Shown here piece after piece: positions 1-12,424 of a stretch of 64,000 bases of DNA. The notes beneath the pieces were generated by a model. The model ran no database searches. It worked only from the letters and a program-made list of their open reading frames with translations, and was not told the origin of the DNA. How positions within the stretch are numbered: the stretch's first letter is position 1; each line of letters begins with the position of its first letter. A program made the position numbers and the translations under genes. The DNA is from Tricharina praecox (lineage: Eukaryota). The stretch lies in the NCBI RefSeq assembly GCF_024521635.1, contig NW_026250403.1, forward strand, positions 1,116,001 to 1,180,000, given 5' to 3'.

Positions 1-2843
1 CCCCCACGCCACCATCATCAGGGCCAAATTCGAGATGTCGAGATCAGAGGTGGCGGAGGAGGCGACATGGAAAATATATCTTCTATTCACATAAAGCACG
101 CCCAAGAAGACATCCCATCGCGCTCCCCAACCCCAAGGAGCCATCAACGTCATGCCTCGCAGCCAACGTTCCTGCCCAGCCATGTGTCGATAAAGCCCGA
201 GGAATCCCCAGCATCCTCTCCTAGGTTGCACAGTCCCGAGTATATCATCAAAGAGAGCAATGCGGAGGATTCGGAGCGATCTGAGCATCGTTCAGACACG
301 ATTCGGGACTTTGGATTGCCGGATGATGATGATGATGGTGTTCGGCAAGAAGTGACGAGTAAGCCCCAACCTATATACCGCTGAGCAGCAGCACCCAAGC
401 TAAACGCGCAAACAAGCCCCATTCCTGGAGACAACATCACAGCAGCGAGGCAATAGGATCCCCTACTTTCGATACTTCGGGCCGACAGCGATTGTTCCGG
501 GCTTCAAGCAGATGGTTGTCGAGGTCAGGCAACCGAAGCCTGTGTACTCACAGTCGGTCAGCTCCGCTTCGACCGTCGGCTCGCCACCCTCGAGCTATGA
601 CTGCGCCACTCCGATCATGCTGTCGCCATCGAATCGGGACTCCGAGGACGGTGTCCCGTTTTACGAGCCCAGCGAGGCCGGACCGGTCGATCCGCTCATA
701 TTCATCCTTGTCGACGAGTTTTTCATTCACGTTGGCGCCAATTTCCCGTTTCTCCGTCGAGATGTCTTCACACGTGACGTAGAGGACAAGAAAGTTGACG
801 CTTTACTGGTTGACGCTGTTTGCGCAGTATCGGCACGGTTTTCGTCGCACCCGCTGTTCAGGCGCCACCCTCCAAGCGCGGCAGGCAAACATTTCTCTAA
901 CCGCGCCAAATCATCCGTGGTCGAAACGTTCTCGTGTCCGAGCCTGCAGGCGGTCCAGGCTTGCCTCTTGTTGGCCTATGCCGAATTTGGAAGCAACCGA
1001 GACAGTGGTTTGTGGATGTTCTTGGGATGTGCGATCAGGATGGCTCAGGACCTCGGCCTTCATAAACTGGATGGAATACACGACGATGGTACGAGGATCA
1101 TCGCCGAAAGCAACGCAGGCTGGAGCAGAAGCCTTTCACCGACGAACAGAGCGAAGACGCGGATCGACGGCTCGGAAGCCGGAACTTTCCAGGAATTTGA
1201 GGGAGCCGACGACAAGGAGAGGACTGATACCTTTTGGGCGGTTTACTTTCTTGATCGAGTCGCCTCTTCGGGAACCGGAAGGCCTGTTACCCTCAAAGAT
1301 GCCGAAATTGAGATCCATATGCCACCGGTAAACGAACCTCAGAGTGATGATGAGTACCCTCATCCGTTCCGCGGCTTGATCCATATTATATATCTATACG
1401 GTATAGCCACGGACAAGCTCAACAACATCAACACCAGCGGTGACCCCAACCAAACCATCGAAGGGCTCAAGGGGCTCTCCGAAATGGCTGAAGTCTTATA
1501 CCGTCAACTTCCCGGCGAACTTCAATTCAGTGTCGCCAACTTCCAGCACTATGTGAAGATCAATCAGTCTGCGGTATTTCTGTTGCTTCACTTTTGGTTC
1601 CACGCACTCATCGTGCTCCTCCATCGTCCCAACGTCCTTCAAGGAGTCGACGGGGAACCTCAACAGCTTTTCCCGGAATCGAACGAGCTGTCAACGTCCT
1701 CGGCCAAGACGATCGTCGACATCTATGCTTTCGCCGAAGCGGTGGACGCGGATATGAGGTCGGTGACAGGCAATCCGTTCAACAGCCAACCGATATATAT
1801 CGCAGCGTGCGCGTTCCTGCAGGAGTCTGCCACGCACGGGCTCATCTCCAGGACCCTGTCGACTCCGATGGATCAGGATTTAGGCCAATCACTAGTCTCC
1901 GCCGGCAGCGCTGTCACCAATGCGGCTAATCTAGCTTCGTCAAAGCCACGAAGGAACTCTTCCAGCCACTCGCTTCTCGCCATCGCATCCCACGAGCATT
2001 ATCAGCGTTGCTACAAGGCACTCAAGGATATCGAGCCGTATTGGCAGGGGGTCAAGTATATTCTGGCAGTAATGGACCAGAAGGCCAAAGGCGTCGTCGA
2101 TCCGCTGCTTTATATCCCGGACGAGGAAATTGAGAGCGTTGAAGTGCATCAATGGGGACGTAAAGTCTGGAGTCTTCTTAAGCGGCGGGAAAAAGTAGTC
2201 GAACCTATTGGCGAGGGTATTGGAGTGCCAGAGATGCTTGCCCGTGGAAACTCGGAATTCCCTGACGAAGGTGAGTCTTGGATCCCCCCCTCATTCACTA
2301 TCATACCAGCCGCCACTAACAGCCATCGAAGCAATCGGACTATCCATGACCGGCTTCACAGACTCGGTGAACTCGACCTACAACGTCCACTACCAGCAGC
2401 ACCCGGAGCGTCCGCAAGCAGCATTTCCCTCGTCGCCGGCTCCCACGAATGCAGGCCACCACCAGCAGCAACAGCAGCAGCAGATGGGGCACTCACCACA
2501 CTCGACACCCTGTTCCTACGCGAACACGCACACGCCGCTCACCACGGCCGCTGCAGTAAACCCGGGGGTACCGATGAGCACCGGCGGCGGCGGCGCATAT
2601 CTGCAAAGCGGTGGTGGTGGCGGCGGGTTCGACCAGCGAGCACTGGCCGTAATCTTCGATGCCGGCGGGTCCTCGCTCGAAACGGGCGTCGTCGATCTGG
2701 GAATACTAAGCGCCGAAATGGGAATTCCAGACTGGTACACGCTCGAGTACATGCCGCATCCGGTTGAGGGCGGAGGAGGAGGAGGCGGCGGCGGCATGGG
2801 CTTCGAGCAGAGGAAGTCGGATGGCCGCGTGTGTCAGTGGTGA
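1..2843 (+). CDS. Fungal-specific transcription factor (Fungal_trans/MHR domain, Zn2Cys6 family), 5'-truncated by the window edge
   Basis: Joins ORFs 67..384, 512..2767 and 2208..2843 through frame-consistent introns 359..416 (GTAAGC..GCTAAAC..AAG) and 2271..2322 or 2331 (GTGAGT..ACTAAC..AG). The protein has RIPYFRYFGPTAIVPGFKQMVV and MHR-type motifs (VQACLLLAYAEFG, WMFLGCAIRMAQDLGLHK, RTDTFWAVYFLDR..SGTGRP). The Zn cluster itself is not in the window. Confidence 0.85.
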
Positions 2844-3586
2844 GGTGGGGGGATTTTCGATTGGAGGGCGGATGAAGGAGGGCGGAGGGTGCAGGGCGGA
2901 GGCAGTGGGACGTTCATTCTTCTCTTTTTGTGGCAGTGGGAGGTTTTTTTTTCTTCTTCATGGGAAGGGCTTGGGTGGGCGTACGGGTTCTGCTTTTTTT
3001 TCTTTCTTTTTGGGTTTACTTACACTCCATTACTTTCTTTTTTTCTGCATTGAGGGAGGGGGGGGGCGATTTAATATTCATACCGATGTATCTAATGGCT
3101 GTGGATGGTTGGAGAGGGGGGAGAATTGGAATTGGATTACTGCTTTTTTATTGCTTCCGAATGCCGTTTGCTACATTCTTCATACCAGCACAGCACGATC
3201 TTCTAGCGGTTCTTGAAGGCTATATCGCCATCAGATATCGCCTACAAAGGTCATATTTCCCAGGGAAAAATTACTGGATATCAAATGTGGTATGTTATTA
3301 AACGAAAGAAAAAGCAACTACAAATAATAGATAACCCACCCAACCAGACCCCGTCACAACTCCCGCAGTTTCATGTGTAGACAGGCCAAAAAGACAAAAT
3401 AGGTACATGAAAACATAACGCGCCTCAGGCTCAGTTGGCCCATGTCGATATATAGTAGGCAGTGTGGTGTCATTCCGCCTCCTCTCGCCAAGATTATAGA
3501 AAATTAGGTATCGTATCGTCGTGCCGCTCAAAAGATTATCCGCAAATGAAAAACACCCCGTCTGTTCAAACTTCAATCTTCAAACG

Positions 3587-5134
3587 TCAAACAACTGCCG
3601 CTTCACCGTGCATCACTCCGGACCTCGGTGCCGTCCCGGGTGCATAACCAGCGTGATGGGGATGTGTCCGCCCAGCATCGTTCAGTGTGATGTCATTAAC
3701 ACCGTGGCCGTGACGTCCATGCTGTCCCGCCGTGGTGGGTGCAGATCCGTTGAGTGACGAGCCGTGATTGTGGGTGTTGTGGCGGCCATTCCCGACACTT
3801 CCGAAGCCTTCACGGTTTCCCGAAGCGAACCCGCTCACAAACATGGAGCTCGAGTCACCAGGCGCGCCCATCACGTTTCCGCCCGCGACGCCCCAGCCGG
3901 CGCGGCGCGTGGCACACCCGCCGCACCAGTCGCGCATCTCGTCGCCAGTGTAGCCCATTCCCAGCACCTCCTCGTGGCCGCGGTTCGCACCGCGCTTCAG
4001 CGGAACGTGGTTCCAGCGGAAATCCCAGACGCTGGCGAAACACATCCGGTAGGAGAGGATGGCCATGAAGATGCCGATCAGTGAGCCCGCGAGGATGTCG
4101 TACCAGTTGTGCGACATGTCCAGTGTCAGCGAGCCGACTATCAGAGTTGCGGCGATGAGGGGCGTGACGAAGACTAGGAGCTTCCAGTAGCTCGGGTGGT
4201 AGTTGGAGAAGATCTTGAGGTGCGCGTTGAGGTAGAGGGACAGGTAGAATAGGCCCGCCCAGGCGGCGACACTGTGCCCCGACGGGAAGGATTGTAGCGC
4301 GTTCGCGATCTCGTCCTGGCGCTTCTTGTCGGCATGGTCGCGGCAGATTTCAGTGGTGAAGTACATTCTTCTGTAACCCTCGCCGACAGTGTTGGGTCCA
4401 ATCTGTGGGTCGCAGACGGTCAGGAAGTGGGGTCGCATTCCCGGGACAACGAGCTTGACGATGATTTGGATCGTGGCACCGGTCATGACGGAGTAGATGA
4501 CTCCCATACAGCCGTTGTTGACATTCCAGAATGAGCCGCGCTGGAGGAAGAAGCTTCCGCGAAGGCGGGTCTTGGGGACACGCGCTCCTGGGGGGTAGTA
4601 GGTGCCGATGCCGAACAGGTTGATGATCACGATCGTGAGGATGGGAGTGAAAACAGCGATCATGGCATCGGCGATGATGGGAACGTACTGGCGCCGCTTG
4701 GGGTGGGCATAGTCCACGTTGACGACGGGACTGCTCGCCGATGTGGGATCAGAGGAAATCGCGAAGTATTTCTTGTATGGAACCGGAGACCACATTAGGA
4801 GCCAGAGAGCAATGGCACCGAGGAAGATAAACCTTTTTTCCACCCATAAAGTCAGACATGGCTAGTAGAGTGTGACACAGTGGAGGGAGACAAACGCAAG
4901 AAGGTCGTGCCAGTAGAGCTTAAACCAGCCCTTGAACCCAGGAGCCGGTCCATAAGGGTCGGCCCAGCCGTCTGAAGCCTGTGCTTCCAGATCACGGTGG
5001 GATGATCGTTTCTCACGGAGAGCATTGGGATCATTGGTGCTTGCCCGAGGTGTTACTGCCGAGGAGGGCTCTGTATCATTTGTAGGATGCCGCGTAACCG
5101 TTTCGTTACGGTTGGGGCGGAAGCGGTCAAACAT
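3587..5134 (-). CDS. PAP2-family (DPP1/LPP1-like) integral-membrane lipid phosphate phosphatase
   Basis: ATG at 5134 (MFDRFRP). One intron at about 4834..4895 (GTTTGT..CTGAC..AAG) joins WHDLLA to FIFLGAI. PAP2 motifs KLVVPGMRP, SFPSGH and HNWYD are present, with several hydrophobic segments. Confidence 0.9.
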
Positions 5135-5332
5135 AGCTGGCAGTGGAAATTTGAAGAGTATGGGCGGGCGGGTGGGACACTGGAGGAGAATGTTTGACGA
5201 CAAAGAAGCTCGTAACAATGGGCGCACGAGCCGTGCTACTTGTAGGACGGAGGGCCGGCTGAGGTGGAAGCCGGTTTTGTGGAGTGATGTAACGCAGGTA
5301 TGACATCACTGACCAGGTTTAAGCTTTTTTTC

Positions 5333-5945
5333 GCGAGGTTGGCAAAAAAAGAGCCGCACTTTAATGACGGGGTGCGAGATATGGTCGGGGACGCCTATAA
5401 CCGATGGAAAAACACCCCCAACTTTGACACCTATCTCCTCTACCAAGAAGATTTTTAAACAAAAACTCTCTATCAATCTATAGAGAATCGTATGGCCGTA
5501 ATTTAAATAACGTCCGATTAATTTTAAGACGCGTGGTTGTGGAGGAGAAGAATTTATAAAATAAATCATTTTGTATGGAGGCCAACCCAATGTCCCTCCC
5601 CTGTCATCACCCGATATACCCATGTTTGCACTCAATTTGCCCATTCTGGGCCCATTCTGGGCCCATGGACAGCCAATCAGGTAGTCAAGAACCATTTTAG
5701 GCTCATATTTGGTCTGAATAGGCCTGAAATGGAATTAAAAAGCCTATTTTTGCGAAAACAAATCTCAGAAATCGCTATTTATTACCAGATATCAGCCGAA
5801 AATGGAACTAAAATGCCTATTTTTGCCAAGAAAAATTCAAAAATCGCTATTTATTACCCGTTTTGTAATTAATTCGATTTTTCCACGAATGTCCCACCCT
5901 ATCGGCTCTAGGAGTCCCCAACTACAGAGTATTTGCCAACCTTGC
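5333..5945. mobile_element. Putative MITE / non-autonomous TIR element
   Basis: Imperfect terminal inverted repeat GCGAGGTTGGCAAA (5333..5346) / TTTGCCAACCTTGC (5932..5945), 13 of 14 matching. The interior is AT-rich with a ~73-bp internal tandem duplication (~5727..5858). No clear target-site duplication. Confidence 0.45.
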
Positions 5946-8587
5946 TAGCTGGGCACCTCCCCACGATTCATCAACTGGTACATAGATCCAGGAACCATCA
6001 TCCGTCTGACCACGTGGGTGAGGGAGACCGCAGAGATGCATCAGTTATCACTCGGTGACGACGCCTGCGATCATGATCAACCTCCAGATACTCAAGCACT
6101 AGAGTGCTCAAATGGCGCTCTGCTGCTAGTAATCCGATAGCATTGAGGAGCTCCACCCACTAGAAAGGCTAAGCTAAAAGATTTTCGAAGAGTAGTTCAC
6201 ATGCAGACATCGTTTTTGACAGACACGCCGATGTTATGTAAGTGTTCTGGGCTATTTATTACGCTTGAATGATTACCCAAACACCATTCAACCGATTACG
6301 GGCGCGCAGATCAAGGTATCTGATAGTGTCCAGATTACACCGTCATGAAAACTCACCCGCACACACCGAGGCAACTTGGCGCTAACGTCCCCCCCAGCCG
6401 CACAACCTTCTCCATTCATCTTCCTACTCTAGTCGGGCGCCGCAAATGGCATCTGAGCCGAATGCGACCCGCTCTATGCAGCTGCCTAAGTGGCTGACGT
6501 TCATAGTCGGTCACTGGATGTGGATCACTACTCCATCCGTACATATCACGGTTCTATGCAAACGTTCCCCGCGCCATTCGGCTAGCCAGCTTTCGATCCC
6601 ACGGAAAATGATATACCTCATTTGAGCCCGCGGCCATTCATGCTGCGCTATTCCGATGCATTTGGTTCCACGCACATCGGCAAAAAAGGAAATATGGGAA
6701 CGATCGGCCGCCCAATTCGTCTGGCGATGGAGAAGCCCAAATCGGAGACATCCCACAAATATCGCAGGCTCGTCGATGCTATCATATTACTACTCCGGCA
6801 AATCATTCATGCAGAGTTTCGCACTGAAGCGACGATGGTCTACCGACGATGCCAGCGGAAAATCTAAGCGCAGACAGACTCCGGCGCTGCCGCGTTTGTG
6901 AGGCACCACCTCCAACTCTCACCGTCGTCGATCCCCACCTAGGCGATGGCCCGAAACGCCTCAGCAAGTCGCAAACGTCAAGTCCATTGAACCGTCCCTC
7001 GACACCCTGAATGATAAACATTCAGCATCTCGTTCCTGGACGATAGTTTTACGTACACAATTCAACTACACAACCCCGCCGGGACGAATCGGTGAGCCGA
7101 TTACTTTATCCACCTCACCCCCAGCGAGGCTTCGATACCGATGCACATTCCGGTACAAGCGATTTGTACTACCTTACCTTCTAGGCAAATCCTCCTACTT
7201 ACCTTCCTCCCGTGTAATGCGCGTCTGAGGCGGGGGGGGGGGGGGGGGGGAAGGGGGGGTACCGGAGCAAGTCGACGTGACACCCACAAGAGAGGACGTT
7301 ACTCGGCGTCTATACTGCAATTTCTAGGCGTAGACAGGTAGGGCAGACGCAGTATTAACCGTCTGCCGACCATAGCGCCACAAAACGGCGCTTGCCACCG
7401 ACCGAGCACCTCCCTCGACTGGGGGGGGGGAAATCATTTTATTGACGTATCTGTAGACCTAAGTAGATCACGACGTCCGAGCCAATGAGAGCCACCGCCG
7501 CGAGACTAGCTAATCGGCGTCTCTCGCCTGCCCGCGAGAGAGAAGTACATCCCTCGACTGGGGTCTCTGACTACGCTCGCTGTCAAAGATCGGCAAATCG
7601 GCGGCAGCTTCAGCGCAGCTGCGGACCTGCGGTTAGTTAACTACTGGTGGCGCTTGCACTTAGAAGTTAGCACGTCTACGTATGGTACGTAGACGGCCAG
7701 GCGGACGGATGCCTAGCTCAAGCCACCCACATACCACCACTTCTGCCTTCCCCCACCACCCGCCCCCCCACCCACCCCCCGGTACACTAGGTCACGTTCG
7801 TACAAGAATTTTCGGTGCTTGTCGAAACCTACCCCAATGGGCCTTGCATTGATCGCTTCTGGCGGACTCGAAGCACCTATGTACCTACCGGCCTGTGTCC
7901 CAAGGTCATAGGTAGTCAAGGATGCTCACCGACTGATCTCACCGGCTGCAAGTATGTAACGGACATGAATATAGCATCTTTATCATGAATCATGATTACC
8001 TGCGGCATTGCGTCTTACAAAGAACGTATGTAACTAACGCACTGATAGTCCCATGGGCTCGGTTTTTTTTTTGAAGAATGCAAATACATTGTACCCATGA
8101 CAACAAAAATTTCACAGCTCTTTTGCAGACGGTGCTGTGGTGCATTGATTGTTGTGCTCCGTCTAGCGGGGTGCAGTGGGTGTCTTTTCGGCCGCATCCA
8201 CCTCGCATCCGTATCCGTCGTGCAGAAACTAACTACTGCGGAATTGACTTCCGTCTCGCGGATCATATCAGTTGGCTTCGACGAGGCTTCGAGGCTTCGA
8301 GGTTTTCGGGGGTCCATAGACCTTGGACGGATACCATTTCTGCCTGCCTGCCTGGCCTGGCACTCCAACTCCTGGACGCACACCACAATGTGTCGGAGAC
8401 CCGGAGACGATTGATGGCCGCCAGGATCCGGCGTTCAGGCGAAAATTGCGGGGTATTATGGACTATAGTTAGAACAGTCCAGCCGCATCGATACGAAGGG
8501 AACTGCTCGTTGTGTGTGTATGTAACGTTCTGTCTGTCCCGCGTGGAGGGCTGTTGGGATGGCGGATCAACAGCCAGCTTCTCAGCC

Positions 8588-8636
8588 TCACTCACTCACT
8601 CACTAACTCACTCACTCACTAACTAACTCACTAACT
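8588..8636. repeat. (TCAC/TAAC)n microsatellite
   Basis: Directly visible tetranucleotide run. Confidence 0.8.
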
Positions 8637-11574
8637 CTCCGGAGCACATATGTAATACATTACATTACGCAGGCGAAACCCGCCGTTGTCCCTGAGTCAT
8701 GTCATGGGTTCCAGTTCTGGTTGATCCCGTGCACCGGTGCAAGTCAAGAGTAGGAGAACACGGTCATGAGGGATTTTAACCGCCGAACACACAGTTTTTG
8801 GAATCGAAAGCCCCGCCTCCTCCCCAGCCGCTGCCGCAACGGCTTACAGGAACTTCGATTTTTCGCTGTATATATGTAGAGTACCCAGCGCGGGGAGGTG
8901 GGGTTGCGTGCTGGCGATACCTACGCGGCAAATGGAGTGGGTATTCGCAGGGTCGGTTCGGGGCGATTCGAGGGGCGGCCAGGAAGTAGCCTGAACGGCC
9001 AACCCGACCTTTGGCATGGACATTTGACTAACGAGCAGCCGCAGGCCCGCAGTATGTACGGCCATGCATTGCATACAGCGTCTCCGTCCGCTCTACTCAA
9101 CCAACTAACTGCCGTACTACTTACTACACCGCGTCAGGCCCGGTCTTATCTCGACTAGAGACATAGAGTAGTAACTAGAGTATGTAGAGTACCGTAGCGG
9201 TTACAGGGCGCAAAGATGTTCTCAATTTTCGGCTCGGCTCTAGGCAGCTATGGATGTACCATGGCTTCATTGCTGTGGGGGTTGGAGAGGTTGGAGCCTC
9301 ATCATTCCATCAGCCTGCCATCCCCTGTTGCACGGGGGCGGGGGAGAGCTCGCTTACCAGCAACCCAGCCCGCAGCTTACTTATCTAACTACTATGTAGA
9401 GCATCTATCTACGGTAGGTATCGGTTGGGTTGCATACATAAATACACTACATAGGGCTGAAGGCTGAAGACTGGGACGGTGGGTCAACCCGCCGGGTCAC
9501 ATCACATCACATCGAACATGTATGCATGTAGGTAGCTTGGGCCTAACATGTATGCCCTCCTGCCCCCCGGTGCATATTCCTACCGAGCCGAGTCGACATA
9601 TGTAATTCAGCAATCAGCATTGCATCAATCTTCAATCATCGACCACTCGACCACGGTAGGTAGTATGTAGCGTCACACACACGCCGCTGCTGCACTGTAG
9701 TGCACCCCGCTTTTGAAAAGTAGCCCAGCCTTCACGCCTCGTCTGGTATGTAGAGTAGTATCCTGTAGGTAGTAGGATGAATGTAGTTTGGGATAGCAGT
9801 CACCCGCTGCTAGTCAGAAGATAGATCTCGCTCGTCGCACTTCCAATTCCAACGGTGGTGACGATGAAACGGGATGAAGAAGGGGAGGGGTGCGTCTCTA
9901 GTACTACTACTGGCTAGCACAAGCCGAGCGAGTAGCGGGACTCGGGAAAGATGCGGGCTTGAGTCGAGACACATGGTCCACAGCGCATGTCCATCACGCA
10001 GCCATTCATGATTCATGGGGGGAAGGGGAACTATAAACAGTGCCGGTGGGCACAGAGATCGAAGATCCTCATGTAGGTATGTATCATAGAGTGTTTAGCT
10101 TCGAAACATCATGATCTCCCGGGCGAACTATGTAATTAATGAGAACCCCATTGCAATTTATACTAGTTGCCTATTAGTCCTGACGCTGCCAACCCATCCC
10201 CCCGCTTGATGCGACGATAAACACTAACACCAACGACCGATGGCTGTGTGGATGAATGGATGGGCTGTGTGCACTGCGGAGTGGATTGGATGGGTATTTT
10301 GTGTGGACGTCTCATAGTTGAGGTAAGCTGTCGGCCTATCCGCCGACAAACGCACCAACTCGTCCAGACGAGCAAGCGGCAGACGGTAAAACACGTTGGC
10401 CTGCTTGCTTCGGAGGGGGGGGAGTGCTGGCCCATCTATCGGTCGCTCTCTCTCTCTCTCTTGACGTCAAGTCAAGTCGAGGATGCGGGGGGTTTTCGAG
10501 GATTGGCCGAATTGAGTGTCGGTCATCCCAATATTTGCTGTCCCCCGTATCAACCATCTCGGCGGATTGCCGTTCTCATTGATGACCGCCGGTCGTCGTT
10601 GTTGGCAGCAGCAGCAGCGACGTAACGTATGTACAGCTCGTGTAAGACAGCACCGTCCTGCGTGATTCCTCCCCGCTGTTCGGATGAGATGCTGTGTCGC
10701 ACCGTTGAGAGGGGGGCCCGTTTTGCAGTGAGTGAGAGGAATGCTTCGAAGCCGGCCGCCTTTATCGTCGTCGCGCTTAGCTCGGCGGTACGATATTCGA
10801 TCGTTTTTGCAAACGACCGTATCAGGAGCCACTTGTCACGACGTTCTTTGTCCCACTTGGCTGATCGCCGGCGGCGACGGCGGCGACAGCGGCGTGGAAC
10901 CGGGAACCCCGAGAGAGAGAGAGGGGGAGAGAGAGCCATATCCTCGGATCGAGTTGACCGATTCCGCCGTTCTGAGCAAGTTCAGCTTTCGGACTCAAGT
11001 CTGCAATCGGTGGTCGGGAATTCGCCACATGAACGCCTCCTTTCAGCTCGCGTCGTTTCGTGCGTACACGAGCGAATGCCTCACGGACTAGGTACGCGAA
11101 CATGTGCGGTGGTCAGCCGCCCAGCGTTAACGGCCCGACTAACTAGTGGTGGGTAGCAGAAAGGAAGGACCAGCAAGGGTCGCCCATCGTTCGGACGCGG
11201 CAAAGAAGCTCTCTAGTCACTAGTTAGCTGAACAGTTGAATTCTCGGAAATCAGCAGGCTCGTTGGAGGCCGATGCGATCGTGGCGGCGGTGAGAATTTT
11301 TGACGCAAAGTGACGATTCACCCACGAAGCTGTTGCGTGTGGGGTAAGCGGTGCGTTTTCGTCGCTGCTGCTGCAAGCCAGATAGATGGCAGCCAGCGGG
11401 GGCGGATGACTGACTGGTTGTCACTTTCAGGCTTCCATCCATCCTCCATACGGGGTCGGCTCAATCACCAGCTCTCCATTATGTCTTGCATGGAAGTCAA
11501 TGCGAATCCAACACCCGCAGAGGCCGGCCCGATTTCCTAGTACATACGTGCACGTCCGACGGACTTCGACCTTT

Positions 11575-11734
11575 GTTTCTCGGCGTGAGCTTCGACAGCC
11601 AACAGCTAACAGCCAACAACCAACAGCAAAATTCTTCATCTGACTTACTTTGTTTCGCGGTGTGAGCGTCGATAGCCAACATTCAACAGCCAAATTTGTT
11701 CGACTCCGTTTCTCGGTGTGAGCTTCGACAGCCA
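11575..11734. repeat. Three near-identical 27-bp direct repeats (degenerate minisatellite)
   Basis: GTTTCTCGGYGTGAGCTTCGACAGCCA-like copies at 11575..11601, 11652..11678 and 11708..11734. The intervening sequences resemble each other. Confidence 0.75.
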
Positions 11735-12424
11735 GTACCCGCACCGGTAGTATTCGATGCGGGGCCGTGATTGGCTACGAGCCAAAATCCGCAACTGTGC
11801 ACGTCACTAATTGTTCTCGCCTATCGACTCTATAGGAAAGACGCCGGGCCAGGCTGTGACGCCCAGCATAGCGTCGTGCAGTTACAGCATCTTAGCTCTG
11901 AATGTTTTTCCTCCCACCGAAGAGGACCTACGTTCACACTCGTCTGAGAAAAGTGCATTGGTCCCCTAGGGGCACTTCACAGGACACTCCCCCCCTCCCC
12001 CAAGCCTCCCCTAATAATATTTATCCCGAGGCAGCATAAATATCATCATCTCCGCACACCTCCCTCCCGTGGCCCCCCCTCACCCTGCTTACTTCTACAA
12101 AGAGCTGCTTTCCACAGCCCCAATTCTTCCTCCTTCCGTCTCTCACCCTCTCACCACCACCCCCTCCGCCCTCATCCTCCCCCCAAAGCTTCTCACATGC
12201 CAATTGCTCTCCCGCCGTTTCCAATCCATTCTGTTTCCGCAGCCACGAATTGACTGCTGGATCCCATTCCGGAGCTTCGAAATCAAACGGCTTCCGGCTT
12301 TCTGCTTGCATCGAACGAGCCAACTTCCGAGCAAGGGAAAGAAAGAAAAAACACCTCGATCGGAAACATCCCCCCCCCCCCAAACGTCGACATAGTGGGC
12401 TCTCGGATCGTCGGAGTGAAGATT

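Noticed and set aside
6500-6900. Overlapping ~80-aa ORFs
   Set aside because: No recognisable motif or splice structure; at most a decayed remnant.
11575-11734. CRISPR-like repeat-spacer pattern
   Set aside because: Eukaryotic context, only three copies, unequal spacers that resemble each other, and no cas genes.
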